Assembly: GCA_013239625.1 (NCBI GenBank)
Contig: MU057350.1
Coordinates: forward strand, 29,077,611-29,141,610
Origin: Lama guanicoe
Lineage: Eukaryota
Length of the DNA stretch: 64,000 nucleotides
Reading direction: 5' to 3'
Positions 48,388 to 60,910 of the stretch are shown here, piece by piece. The position numbers and the translations under genes are program-made. The first letter of the stretch is position 1. Each line of letters begins with the position of its first letter. The notes under the pieces were generated by a model. The model saw nothing but the letters and a program-made list of their open reading frames with translations, did no database searches and was not told the DNA's origin.

Positions 48388-49918
48388 GTTTAGCTGATTC
48401 TGATTAGATGGTGCACAGGCTTCAGCTATCCAGCTGTATTTTAAAGCATTATGATTTTTCCTATAATTTCTTTTTGCAACATTTTATAAAGCTTTCCATT
48501 CTTTTAAAGGCTTCGTTAACTTTTTCTTGCTAAAGCTGTCGCCTTTTGTGATGTGTCTCTGGTTCTATGATGATCCCGCATCAGCACAGAGAGGCTGGGG
48601 ACAGACACCGGCGATGCTGAGGCTGAGGACCACTGTCCCGGCGCGTGTCCCCGTGGAGTGTGAATGCAGCACTTCCCACGCACACATGTACTGGCTTGCT
48701 TTCTGCTGAGGTGCACGTGCCTGTACTGACACGAACCAGGGCAAGGTATCTGGTTAGCGGCCTGATACACCAGTCTTTTCAGATCTTCTTCCCAAGAGGC
48801 AGCCTGGGATGCAAATCTGTGGGGATAACCTGCAGCCCACTTCAGCGCTTGCACAGGATGAATCATTCGGACTTTGAATAGTGTAAGTTGCCTCATGGCT
48901 GGTCACATCATGCCACTGAGTCAGAGCTAAAGCTGAAAACCACAGCTCCATGGACCACTTCCAGGGCTGCCAGTCCAACCTGTGACGGGTTTTATTTTGT
49001 TCGACCCAAAGCTGCGGAGCTTAGCTAAATGCCCACACTGTGAGGAAGGTTCTTTGGCCAGGATTCGGTCTGCACATTTGGGATCAGTTACTGGAAAGAT
49101 TTTAATGGATTCCTGACCCCGACAGTTGCTTGTGAATTGGCGTTTTACAAACATGTCACCATACACACTTGTGCATTCACACTTTCCTCCAATTTTCAGA
49201 AGAAGTGCAGAAGAGGCTTTCTCTCCAGCCTTCGCCCCCTTCTCTCCACCCTTCCTTCCTCTCTGTTTTAAGAACACTGATCCATCACAGCTGGCATGTG
49301 ACTGACAGAATCCTCACTGCATACAAGAGGAGTATCATCATAGTTCATTGGTCATTTTAATGAGGGGTGTTTCTGTGCAAGAAGCAAAACACTCCATTAG
49401 GCATTCGAGCTGTTCACATCTGGGTTTGATCTACCACATTGGCTTATATACCACCTCCCGCAAGGCATTTCCCCCTCTAGCCTTCCTAAATCTTTGCAGG
49501 GCATACCTGGATTGAAACTTGAGTTGGGATGTGTGTTGCAGGCTCTGGTGTGAGGACAAAATCTGGCATGAACACCAGTTGCGTCTTATTCATCCTGGAG
49601 GTTCTAGCATCATATGGCTGAGATTCATAGCTTTATTCCCTCTGACCCACAGTGTACTCATCAGTTCATGGGCACAAAGTACCTACCTTCCAGAGCTGTG
49701 CAGATTTAAAGTCCTGATACAGCTAACGCTTACGGCAATGGCAGGCATGTGATCATCATTTAACAAACTCCAGAGAGTTATGATCATAACTCTTATTTTT
49801 CATCAGTGCAAGAAGTTAATGGCTTTTGGGTACCACTTTGGATAGGGGAACAAAAACTCCTTGTTCAGGAATCTCTGTACTTCCCTTTCTTTCTAGTCAC
49901 CTTCCTTTTCCCAACTCC

Positions 49919-49958
49919 TTATTATTGTTATTATTACTACTATTATTATTCTTATTTT
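49919..49958. repeat. degenerate (TTA)n tract
   Basis: Directly visible. Confidence 0.8.
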
Positions 49959-50009
49959 ACAAGTTGTGGCTAGTAGTGCACTTTGATTATTTCGTAGTTC
50001 CTCTAGCAT

Positions 50010-50195
50010 GGATCCATAACTCAGGGTCCAAGGAGCCCCAAGAGCGGGCTTCTGGGCCTGTCAGTGCCTTGAAAACATAATACAAATGTTTGAATATTTG
50101 TGTGTCTGTGAATTCTTCCAGCGACAGGGACTATAGACTTTTGTCACAGTGTCAAACGGATGCAGGCTACAGAAAGTGTAAAAATCATCCCCGGG
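50010..50195. mobile_element. hAT-Charlie MITE remnant (subfamily uncertain)
   Basis: TAACTCAGGGTCCAAGGA..TTTGTGTGTCTGTG..ATAGACTTTTGTCACAG..TCAAA resembles short Charlie elements. Confidence 0.4.
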
Positions 50196-51895
50196 GGCAG
50201 TAAGTGCCCCATTGTGCCAGGGTGCAATCACGCCAGAAGTTTCTTGGGCCACGACAGGTGCCTGTTCTCTCTAAAGTCTCTCAGGTCCCCAAATGGGTGA
50301 GACTCAAGTTAAATCCTGAGTCATAAATAGACAGATGTTTGATTCTCTTTCTCTGGGACCCACTCCCTGCCTGCCCTGTGACGTGGTGTCCTCACTACCC
50401 GTCTCCATCCACTAAGCCCAGCCAAGGCCCCCAAAACTTGTTTTATTTGCTCTCTTTCTTCTAGAATTACAGGGGTCCTGGCCCAGAGAATTACCTAATC
50501 CTCAAGTCTAAAAATAAGTGGGGCTTGGAGATGGGGAGAGGAAATTTGGGGAGTAATACTTTTATACTCATTTCTACCCCCAAGGGAGACAGGGATTAAA
50601 GCAAATGTTCACAGCAAGGGGCAAACCGCCTTGGGTTTCTAGAGCAGACAGCAGTCTCATGCTTTCTGTGTCTGCGTAGGAGCCACTCTGTGTATCCAGA
50701 GAGAATGCAGAAGTGAATCAGGCATAATCACCCACTTAGCACAGGTTAACCATCAGCCTTGAGGACCCTGAAGCATTTCTGAAACTCACCAGGACAAATC
50801 ATCATTCCTGCATTTCTTTCTGGCTCTGTGTCTCCCGCTATGTTTGCCCAATTCGACTGATGGAGGCAGTGGAAAATTCCAAATGGAAGAGGTTCTCTTT
50901 TTTTCCTTCCCTCTGCAGTGCTGAGCTTTACCAAAAGCAGAGGGAAAAAAAAAAGAAGTAGTCTTTCTTTCCCCAGCAAAGAAGAAAAAATTAAAGTTGT
51001 ATGGCTGTGATAAATATTACATGCTCAGGGCACCAGGGCCCGTATATCTCCACGTTCCGAGTCTCGGTTGGAAGTAACCTCCTTCCTGCTGCTGTCGGAT
51101 TTTAGACTTGATATTTCCCTAAGGACGAGATTGCACCTAACTTTTTATTTGTTTGTATATCAGCGAGAGACTTGATAGGAAGACATCAACTGTGCTTAAT
51201 TTGAAGGTCTCCGCAATTAATGGAAGATTGTTTTCTGCTCTGTATCCTCCAGGCATGAGTCATATATTTACATTTAACTTCCAGTTGATCAAATTAGGAT
51301 GTGTAACCACACAAGTTTATATGCGGCTACATATTTTGATGTTTTGATACTCCTAGGATGCTGCTTTTCCTGTAGGATTTCTCCCTCCAGATACACGTTT
51401 TTGCCTCTCATGATGAAGCCAGAGGCGCCGTGGTCACACAATATTTATACTACTTCAATCCTGTGCTTTTCAGGATGTCACCAAGGCCACAAAGAAGTCG
51501 TTGGAATATCAAAAAGGAAAGGTCAGGAACTCAACTCTGTAACCATAAGCAGTGTTGGCAATTAGCAGGTAGAGAAAGGATGCAAATCAAGTTCAGGACC
51601 AGAAGAAGCTTCTCAAAGGATTGTCCATGTAAGCAGAGCGGGGGTCCCTAACAGAAGGAATGGAAACCTGAATTTTTCAGACACCCAAACTCTTTCTGAT
51701 GATCACCACCCCAGGAAGAAAGTGGGCTAATTTCTCCCTTTTATTCTAGAATGAGAATGGGAGAATAAGAGTATAGAAGATGTGAACTGTCTGTTTCCCA
51801 AAGAAAGCCTGAAACAAAAGCTGACAACTGACTGGCCAAGCTAAGACCGAGCTCCGACGTGAGAACCACGGTGTTCATTCTTATACTTCTGATTC

Positions 51896-52538
51896 TGATA
51901 CAGGCAAAAGGGGCATGAGAAGACGGCAGTATCGTGGGTCTTGGACGAGTCCCTGGGACTCGCCCCTTGAAGTGAGGGTCCTTGGCTTTGTGCAGGAAAG
52001 AATTCGAGAGTGAGCCATAATTGAATAAAAGTAGATTTATTCAGAGGTGCACACTCCATAGACAACTGAGTGTAGGCCGTCGCAGAAGGCTGGAGAGGCC
52101 ATGAGGTGTTGGGGTGGGTGTTTAGTTTATAGTAAAAGCAGATACACATTCCATAGGCAGATTGTGATCTATCTCACTCAGAGGAGAGAGCGACCACAAG
52201 GTGTGGGGGGGTGGTTGGTTTTATGGGTTCAGTAGCTTCATATGCTAACAAGTGGGAGGATTATTCCAAGGGGCTGGGATTCCCAGGAATTGGGCTACCA
52301 ACCTTTTTTGGACCTTTCAAGGTCAGCCTCAGAACCATCACAGCACCTGGGGGAGTGCCATTTATGATGCTAATATATTACAATGAGCATATAATGAAGC
52401 TCAAGGTCCATTGGAAGTCAAATCTCCTGCCATCTAGGGCCTCAAGGTCTACTGGGAGTTGACTTTTCCACCGTCTTGGTGCTAATTGCTGTGTTATTCC
52501 TTTAATGGCTGTGCCCTGCCCCCTTCCTTCCTGTCTCA
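51896..52538 (-). mobile_element. ERV1 solo LTR, MER41-like (copy 2)
   Basis: TG...CA termini; perfect 4-bp TSD ATTC (51892-51895 / 52539-52542); aligns end to end with 26997-27659. Confidence 0.92.
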
Positions 52539-52829
52539 ATTCCATCTCCTTCATTCTATCCTGTGGTTAATAAGTCTCCTCTGCTACCTAATGGGTAACA
52601 TCACGTAAATGCCTGTAATGGCACACGCAGTCCTTGTTTACAGAATAGCCTGTTTCCTTTCAGGACGGAGAAACTTCGGGTTACTGTGAATATTCTGCGT
52701 TTGCAAAGCTGCTCAGCGTCATGCTTATTCTTGCAGTTTCTGAGCCTAGTACAGTTCCAGGTACACAGTTAGCCTTCATTGACTATTTTTTTAATGAATA
52801 AATGAGTGAGTAATAGTTTCTCACAGAAG

Positions 52830-53075
52830 AGACAGAGTGGTCTAGCAGAAAGAAGAAAGACCTTACAGCCTTAGAGGCGAGCAGCCCTGGATTGGAATCA
52901 CACTTCTGCTCCCTTGACCTAGGGTGCCCCACCTAACTTCTTTCATCTTGGTTTCCTCATCTCTAAGATTTAGGTAAATCTAATGATGCATGCCTTGCAG
53001 GCATGCAGCGAGACTTAGAAATCCTCAGTGGAAATGATTTGCCTGGTATACAACAGATGATTAATAAACAGTGGT
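52830..53075 (+). mobile_element. MIR SINE
   Basis: CAGAGTGGTCTAGCAGAAAGA..CCTGGATTGGAATC..GGTTTCCTCATCTCTAA..TTAATAAAC. Confidence 0.75.
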
Positions 53076-55583
53076 GGAGGGGCTTATTTTTCAGGGGCGT
53101 GGGAGGAAATCTGAGACGGCTTCTTTGCAACCTGGGAGAAACTGTCCATCTCCAACTTGCTCCTTTCTGATCAATTACAGAGTGGTTTTAAACTATATTT
53201 AAAACATTTCTAGAATCCTATTATTTAAAGTTTTAGGAAGTTTACCCCAATATAACTTAAGTTACTGAAGTCTAACTCTCTCTCTCCCTCGTAAGTTTCT
53301 CCTGCGTCAACTCTCAAGTTCAAGTTTCGAATCAGACTTAGTTGACAGTATTTATAATTGTTTGCCTTCTTTCCCCTGAGCCTAGCAGCAGTCCCTCACT
53401 TAAAAGGACTGATCCCAGCTCCCAAGACGATATCATAGCAGGTGTTAAAAACCATAGATCTTCCAAGTACGAGTTGGTACTTGACCAGGACGTCTTGGCA
53501 GTAGCTGGTGTGGTGTTGTTTATAGCACACATCTTTGTGATAAATTTCCCCATGAGTTAGAGAGTGGGGACAGTGTGTTCTCTTTTTAAGAGCACTTGGC
53601 CAGTGGAGATTAGCCCAACATCTTTGTTTATTTGATCGGATAGCTGAGGTTGATAAAGTGCACGTGGGATTCACCCAATTTGGGCTGACTCTTCGTGCAG
53701 CCTCCTTCTGAAGCTGCTTTCATTGTGATTTTCTCCTTAGGGATGGCGCTAAGGGAGGTGGAGCTCTGCAAAGAGATGCTCATATTTACAACTGCAAGGC
53801 CTCACTGTTCTTAGAACTTTCCAACCAGATACAGTCAATTCCATTAGGTCGCACTGTATACAGTAAGTGATTTAGAGAGATGAACAAATAGAAGCCATTA
53901 GCTCTCCAACTGCATCGTAACTCATTGGCAACCCAGGCAAGACGGCAGGACAATAGGAAGCTACTCATTTCCTGAGCTCAGGCGGGCTCAGGTCATGTTT
54001 CAATTTTTCATTTCATCTTCCAGAACGAGAGTCAGAAATCTTGTAAGTGGGAGAACCAGGATTTGAACCCAGGTCGATCAGACTTGTATCTATTACATCT
54101 AAGGCCTGGGAAACCACCAAGACTCCTCACTGGCGCTGTCCTTGGGGGCGCTCACAGGCTGTTCTATGTATGAACCCATTTCTGGCCAATGTGGAGGCCG
54201 TTTCCAGCAGAGGCTGAATGTCCTCCATGATCCAGCTCTTCTGGGACAGCCCTTCCCTCCACATCCCAGCTCTTGAGTGGTTCCAGCTCTCACCAAGTGG
54301 TCTTGGATCCTAAACTCCTGTCTCCAGCACCGGCTGTCCGGCTCATGGGCGCTTCCTGCTGTGGGTCGTTTCTAGATCGCTCACTGGCCCCAGTTTGTGG
54401 TTGCAGCTCCTCCACCCTCTGTGAAAACGATGCCCTGTGTTACAGTCCCTCTGCTTGTAATATCTAAAGTGGTTTTTGTTTCTTTGACTGAACCTTATCT
54501 TACGTAGAATCCAAAACTAGAAATCTGATATATTAGTCTATATTTTTAAAAACTATATTGAAAATAACATATCAAGACCTGAACATATATATTAAGAGAA
54601 GAGGATTTCCAGGGGCAAGAACAGAAGGCAGAGACGGAATTTAGGCTCTGAGACACTCTTTGTTCTAATGCTGAGCCTGCGGACTGGGAGTGGGAAAATC
54701 TACATAGTGCAACTACCTCATTGAAATGCAGCCCATTCTCTGTTTTGAACACAACTGAATTGAAAAAGCCCCGAACTACGTCTCCTGGACAAATCATTCA
54801 AAATGCTGAGAAAAGTGAAGCTACGTTATAATTTTTAAAAATTATTATCAGATCCCATATTATAATCGAATGCTGTAACAGTAATTATAGCCTCAGAGCA
54901 AAGTGCTGTTCTGTGCTTTTTTAAGAAAATGGAATAAAAGGAAAAGCAAGAACCTGTAATTTCATATCCGTCCAGTGTGTGGGCAGTGGCGGCAGCTCCT
55001 GGGGCCTCTGTCACTCTCTGAGTTTAAGCCTTCAACTCTCATGTGTCCCTTTCAGTCTGAGCAGGGTCTCCTCACTGGCACCCGCGTTATGACGCCTTCC
55101 CAGCCTCCCTGCAGGTGACGGGGAGGCACCTCTTCACCCCTGCTCAGAAGGGAGGAGAAGTTCCTTGATTTCCTCTTTTGGACCTGAAGAGAGGGTTTCT
55201 CCTTTCTTCCTAAATTCCTCAGAAGCTCCTAACCTGTCATCCTTACACTGCCTCCATCCCCTGTCTGCCTCTCCTCCTCTTCCCAAAAGAAACACCCACA
55301 CACCAGGATAATCCAGACTCCGGTCGATGAAGTCGATAGTGAGTGACCTGTGCAGTTTGGAAAAGGCCCCACGTGGACTCTCAGTTGTGCCCCCATCAAA
55401 CAAGCCAGTGGGCTGTTCATGCTTGCTTTTCCTGGCCGTGGTAAACGTGCCCGCCCCTGCTGGCTGGTCCGTCCCAGCTCACGCACCGCGTCTGTGTCCT
55501 TATCAACGTCTGAATGGGTTCTTCCACCTTAGAACTTTATAGACACAAAAAGACTGGCAAAGAGGGATCGTATCTATATCTCA

Positions 55584-55588
<5 letters not shown>

Positions 55589-55620
<32 letters not shown>
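55589..55620. repeat. (GT)16 microsatellite
   Basis: Directly visible. Confidence 0.98.
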
Positions 55621-55623
<3 letters not shown>

Positions 55624-55909
55624 CAGTATATAGAGAAAGTCACAATAATATTCCACAAAAGTAGCCTGTGCATTATCTCTAATCCTTTCTTACAGATTCT
55701 GGTGGTACGTCTTCTGGTTCTGTCTGGACCATCCGTGGCACCTGCCTTTTCTGTTCTCTGTGGGTTCTGTTCTGCACCCTATCCCAGCTCACTTCCCACA
55801 GCAAGTCCTTCTCCTTGAACTCTCACATATCACTTGCGAGCATCTGGGCTGATGTGTGAATTGCATGGAGTTAACAGGTTTCAGTATACATAATTATTTG
55901 ATGAATGGA

Positions 55910-56180
55910 GAGATTAAAGATTCAGAGCACAGATTTTGGTAGGAGGCAAAGCCAGGTTCGAATCCTAGTTCTGCTATCAATTAGATTGTGGGCCTTGAAA
56001 AGCAAACTCGTAAGCAACTGTTTCCTCATGATTAACAATAAATTCAAAAATGAGAATAGTAGCACCTCCTCCCAAGGGTTAGGCAGGTGAAATGAAACCG
56101 AGGATGCAAAGTGCTTAGCAAAGCTCACCAAGACTGGTCCGTGGTAAACACTTAGTAAGTGGGAGTTGCTGCTACTAATA
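55910..56180 (+). mobile_element. MIR SINE
   Basis: CCAGGTTCGAATCCTAGTTCTGC..TGTTTCCTCAT..AAAATGAGAATAGTAGCACCTCCTC..GCAAAGTGCTTAGCA. Confidence 0.85.
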
Positions 56181-56469
56181 TGCAGGGATGGCAGGCGGTG
56201 TGCTAACCCTTGGGCCAGTTGCGTGATTCCTCGCTGCTGCAGGATCCCGCGAGCACCGCAGTGATGCAGGACTTCTCAGTGTTGCAGGAAGACTCAGGCA
56301 GCTGTGGTGCAGAGGTGGGGTGCCCGAACCTGGTGGGATGAGGGATCTCTAAGCCAACACCCACTTTATTCACAAGACATTTGTGTGATGGCCATTTCCT
56401 TTGTCCTCTTACCGAGTTCCCGCATCCAGCTACTGGCGAACTGCTCTTTTCCTGCTGGGTGGCGGCCAC

Positions 56470-56700
56470 GCATGTATGCAGTGTGGTTGCAGAAGCCAGG
56501 GGGCTTCAGGGTCCAACAGACTGGAGTTCAAATCCCTGCTCTTGCATTTCCACACCTTGTAACTTGGAATAATTCACTTGAGTCTTTATGACTCATTTTT
56601 AAAAACCTGACTTAGAAAGTAGTTCTGAGGTTAAAATTTAACATAAAAAACTCTAGCCCAACGCCTGACACTTACTAGATGCTGAACAAGCACAGTACTA
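56470..56700 (+). mobile_element. MIR SINE
   Basis: CAGACTGGAGTTCAAATCCCTGCTCT..TGTAACTTGG..TCACTT..GCCTGACAC. Confidence 0.75.
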
Positions 56701-58339
56701 TTTCCCAGCAACACGTGTTGAATTGGAGAAGGGCCCCTGTCAACCAGTTATCCCCACGTTTTTGTTTACAATGAACAAAATCAATTCCATGCTCAGCTTC
56801 CCGATCCTGAAAAACTCCTGAGTCACATATTCTCACACTATGACTTTTTCCCTGGGCTCCTTTTTAATCCAGGTCTAGCACAGCACCCTGCATAGAAGAA
56901 ATACCGGGGGAAAAAATTCTTTGGATAAATAAGTGCACGTTAGCTGGTATGGGTAGATAGATTTCCCAGTAGGGTCTGGTATTGTTTGATTTCTAAAGAA
57001 ATCCAGGCTTAGTTTATGGATTTCTTAAATCACCCTCTTCCTGATTATTATTATTCCCATGATTGAAAATAGGATGCTTAACAAGAAGCATGTGGTGTTA
57101 ACATGAATGAACTCAAATGAGTGCTTTTTTTTTTTAGTTTATAGAGTCAAGTCATATGATCTCAATGTATATAAAAACAAAAAGTCCTCCCTCTCACCCC
57201 ATATTCTACTGGTGAAAAAAAGGAGAAAAAGTAATTTGTTCTGAAAGCATTTGGAATGAAGATGGAGAGCAGGAGGCAGAACAAGGGAAGAAGAGTTTGA
57301 GGCCAAAGAAAATAGGAGATCAGGCTTTCAAAGGGTGAGAGTTGGATGAACAAAGACAGAAAAAATGTGATTTGTAGCAAGAGCTAGGACATGCACTAAA
57401 AACAAAAACAAAAAAGTCAGAAGACTAATAATTGTATCCATGCCTCAGTAGGGTACTGGCAACCTAAATATAAATCAATCCTTCACTGATTCATTCATTC
57501 ATTCAAAAACATGTTGAGTTCGCCTGCAACGTGCAAGGCTCTATTCCAATGTCAAGAACAATCCGGTACTTCTGACTTAGATTCTGACGGTCTCCCCATC
57601 TGAGAACCCCGTGGTTTGGGGGAGCAGTCTCTGATTTTCAGGTTCACCAGGAAGTTTGATTTCCGATTCCCTGCCTCAGCTTGTCACATCCCCCCAAAGA
57701 TTCTTATCTTCTCTTGAGATTCATGCTCAAGCGTAAGAGCACCACCCGTGGAATTAAACAGTCCTCCCTGCATGTTTTGTTTTTGGTAAGTTATTTAAGC
57801 CCGTGGAGCCTCAGCCTCCACATCCGTGAGGAGGAGAATTGCAATGCTAACTGCAGAGCAAGGCTGTAAAGTTACCGCAAGAGGAAAGGTCCTCAGATGC
57901 CAGCATGGTAGCTGGAATGTTGGAGGTGATAACCTTCCATCCTCATTGTGACTTCTGCAGCCCTCTCTTAGAATGTGGGTTTTTGGCTTAGGCTGCGATA
58001 AAGGAACAGTCACCAGGAAGGGAAGAGTTGGACTATGAGCATCAGTGAAGGGGTAGGGGGAATCCCCATTCATGGTCACTCCTTGGATAGAACTTTCTGC
58101 CCCTGGGAACTACATCCTTGAGACCTTGTGATTAGCCTTGATCTGCCACATTTACGTTTTTTGATTTACTTTTACTTGGCTTTGATGATCACTTGCTAGA
58201 GACTGCTTCCTGATTCTGAGATGATAGGGACAACTCTGATGGTAGTGGTATTAACTGAAGTGAAGAAAGATTCCTTAAGTTAGTCATGGAATCCACATTT
58301 GGATTTGACTCACAGGAGAACATCAGATCTGTTTGTGTC

Positions 58340-58690
58340 CCCTGCCACTTACTTTCACAAACATTATTTCACTTAATCCCGCCAGGTAGGGCGTGGTAGG
58401 TTCATTGAACAGTTAAGGAAATTGTTGCTTAGAGAGTTTAACTCATTCAAGATGGCATACTTAGCATGTTCCCTCTGGGTCCAAGTCTAAAGTTTTCTCC
58501 AGCACAGTTAGCTTTCTAGCCTCAAAAGAACTTGAGGGATGTAAAGGATATTTGAGGTAATCTCACCCAACTCCCTCATTTCAGGCAAGCAGAAACAAAG
58601 GCCTATTGAAGTTAAATGAGGCAAGAGAGATCACACCCTCCGTACTGACAGAACCAAATTAGAACTTGATCTTCTGGGTCTCAAACTTTG
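58340..58690 (-). mobile_element. two adjacent MIR/MIR3 remnants
   Basis: CATTATTTCACTTAATCC..AAGGAAATTG..AGAGAGTTTAA; CCCAACTCCCTCATTTCAG..AGAAAC..GAAGTTAAATGA. Confidence 0.65.
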
Positions 58691-58756
58691 TTCATTAGCA
58701 GCTGGTAAATATCATTCCCCTTCTTCACCTGTTTGCTATAGAAACATTATCTACTA

Positions 58757-58943
58757 TTTTATTTTTTAATTAACGTATAGTTGCTGTACAATATTATGTT
58801 ACATATATACAATATAGTGATTCACAATTTTTAAAGGTTATACTGTTTATAGTTATTATAAAATATTCACTATATTCCCTTGTTGTACATTTTATTTTAT
58901 ACCTAAAAGCTTATAGTGAGTCTACTTCTTTTGTGTTATAATC
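58757..58943 (-). mobile_element. L1 3' end, same type as 28053-28504, cut off by the gap
   Basis: TAGTTGCTGTACAATATTATG..GATTCACAATTTTTAAAGGTTATACT..ATAGTTATTATAAAATATT. Confidence 0.85.
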
Positions 58944-59177
58944 NNNNNNNNNNNNNNNNNNNNNNNNNNNNNNNNNNNNNNNNNNNNNNNNNNNNNNNNN
59001 NNNNNNNNNNNNNNNNNNNNNNNNNNNNNNNNNNNNNNNNNNNNNNNNNNNNNNNNNNNNNNNNNNNNNNNNNNNNNNNNNNNNNNNNNNNNNNNNNNNN
59101 NNNNNNNNNNNNNNNNNNNNNNNNNNNNNNNNNNNNNNNNNNNNNNNNNNNNNNNNNNNNNNNNNNNNNNNNNNNNT
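58944..59177. other. assembly gap (234 N)
   Basis: Run of N. Confidence 1.
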
Positions 59178-59299
59178 ACAGGAAGTTCCAAACAAACCTG
59201 GAAGATCTAACTCCAAAACAGAAGAGGAAAACTGAGGCCCTATCCTAACTTCGGGCAAGGAAGTTTTCCATTTTGTTTTCTGCCATCTTGTGTCTAGTT

Positions 59300-59528
59300 T
59301 AGGGATCAGTAAACTATAGCCTGGAGGTCAGATCCAGTTTGCCATCCAGCTTTTGTAAATAAAGTTTTATTGGAACACAGTTATGTCCATTTATTTACAT
59401 AACTATGTCTGGTTTCTGCTTTCCTGCTATAAAGGCAAAGTTGAGGAGTTGGGACAGAAACTACATGGCCCATAAGACCTAAAATATTTACTGCTTGGTC
59501 CTTTATAGAAAAAGTTTCCCAGCCTTTG
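59300..59528. mobile_element. MER58A-like hAT-Charlie MITE
   Basis: TTTTGTAAATAAAGTTTTATTGGAACACAG..CCTAAAATATTTACT..TGGTCCTTTATAGAAAAAGTTT. Confidence 0.9.
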
Positions 59529-60269
59529 CTAGAGTTAATACACATTGTTGGCCTACAGGTCAGAAATTATATTTTTAATAAGTTTTTTTCCTATGATAGA
59601 TGATAATGTGTGGTGGAGATGTTACCAAATCCAAAATCCAAAGGTCCAAATGTTTCTCCTGAGTGCAAGCCTGCATTTACTCAGTTTACACTTTTCTTTG
59701 CCTTAGAGAGCAAATTTAAAACAAGGTTCAGCTACCTCAGATAATAACATGACAGTTTTTCAAAGAGCTGTTTTTTTCCCCATAAAATAAGAAATATAAT
59801 GCTGTCAGCAGCTCAATAAGCCAAAATATGATGAATGGGCAATCAAGGAATATATACATATTTTGTCAAACATTCTTGATGAGTTGAATTCTACCTGAAT
59901 CCAGCCATTCTTCATGCGTCATTCTTATTACAGTTGCACAGAAATAACTACAGTCACGTTTTCTCTTCTTAGTCATCTGGCTTGGATTTCTGCTTGCATG
60001 CATTGAAAACAAAAAGGTACACAGAGCAATTTCATCGCTAAATTTCAGCTGAGTTTAGCTTGATTTTAGTCATGAATAGTGCTGTTTTATTTGGCACACT
60101 TGTGTCACATAATTAAAGCCAGATAAAGCAAAAATCATTTGCTAATGGGGAGGTTGCCATAGAAAATACAACATTTATGTCTGTGAAGAGCACATCACAT
60201 TAACTGTGAAAGGTGGGGCAATTGTTCTCCAAAGATCGATTCTCATTTCCCATAGAAGAACGTTATTGC

Positions 60270-60605
60270 TGCTAAGTGGATGCCCCACCAAGAACTTACA
60301 GCTTCCTTGTTCTTTCATATCTAGGCAGGGTCTTATGATGACCCATTACTGCCGATAGAATGTGAGAGATGTCGAGTTGAGTGGTTAAGAAGCCAGTGTG
60401 CTTTCTTCACTCTTTTGGTATGGGGTGGAAGTGAAGGACTAGTGGCCCTGAGGGTGATGGGGCCACAGGACTGGAGCTGGGGTCCTCAAGTCCCTGCTGA
60501 ACCTGCCCATCAGAAAGTCAGTGAACAAGAAACAAATTTCTGTTGAGCTAAACCACTGAAATTTGGGGGTTTTATCTATTACAGCAGCTAACATGGACTA
60601 ATACA
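60270..60605 (+). mobile_element. MaLR LTR (MLT1I/J-like)
   Basis: GTGAACAAGAAACAAATTTCTGTTG..TAAACCACTGAAATTTGGGGGTT..TTACAGCAGC..ACTAATACA 3' end. Confidence 0.75.
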
Positions 60606-60749
60606 CTCATCCATAACCCGACTCTTTTCTACCACGACATGTCCCCGACGTGAGCAATTTCTGATAGTAGTGGTTCTCCTCTTCAGGAGGGACACTTCTC
60701 GCCTTTCTGATTAATTCTACCCCTGTGTTCTTTGTTAACAGGCCCTTAG

Positions 60750-60910
60750 AAGGACACGATTTTAGAGCTGGAAGGAATTTTGGAGATTATAGTCCAAACA
60801 ACTCCTTTTGCAGATTAGTTAACTGAAGTTTGTAATGACATCAAGCCATTCATTTAGGGTCCCACTGCTCATCAGTAGCAGAACCAGATCTAGTGCTCGT
60901 GTCACAGTTC
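60750..60910 (-). mobile_element. MIR3-like SINE
   Basis: TTTAGAGCTGGAAGGAATTTTGGAGATTATAGTCCAA..TTTTGCAGAT..AACTGA. Confidence 0.75.

Noticed and set aside
26997-52538. A single 25-kb provirus bounded by the two MER41-like LTRs
   Set aside because: Each LTR has its own different perfect TSD, and the interval contains much older MIR, L2 and L1M elements with no gag/pol/env.
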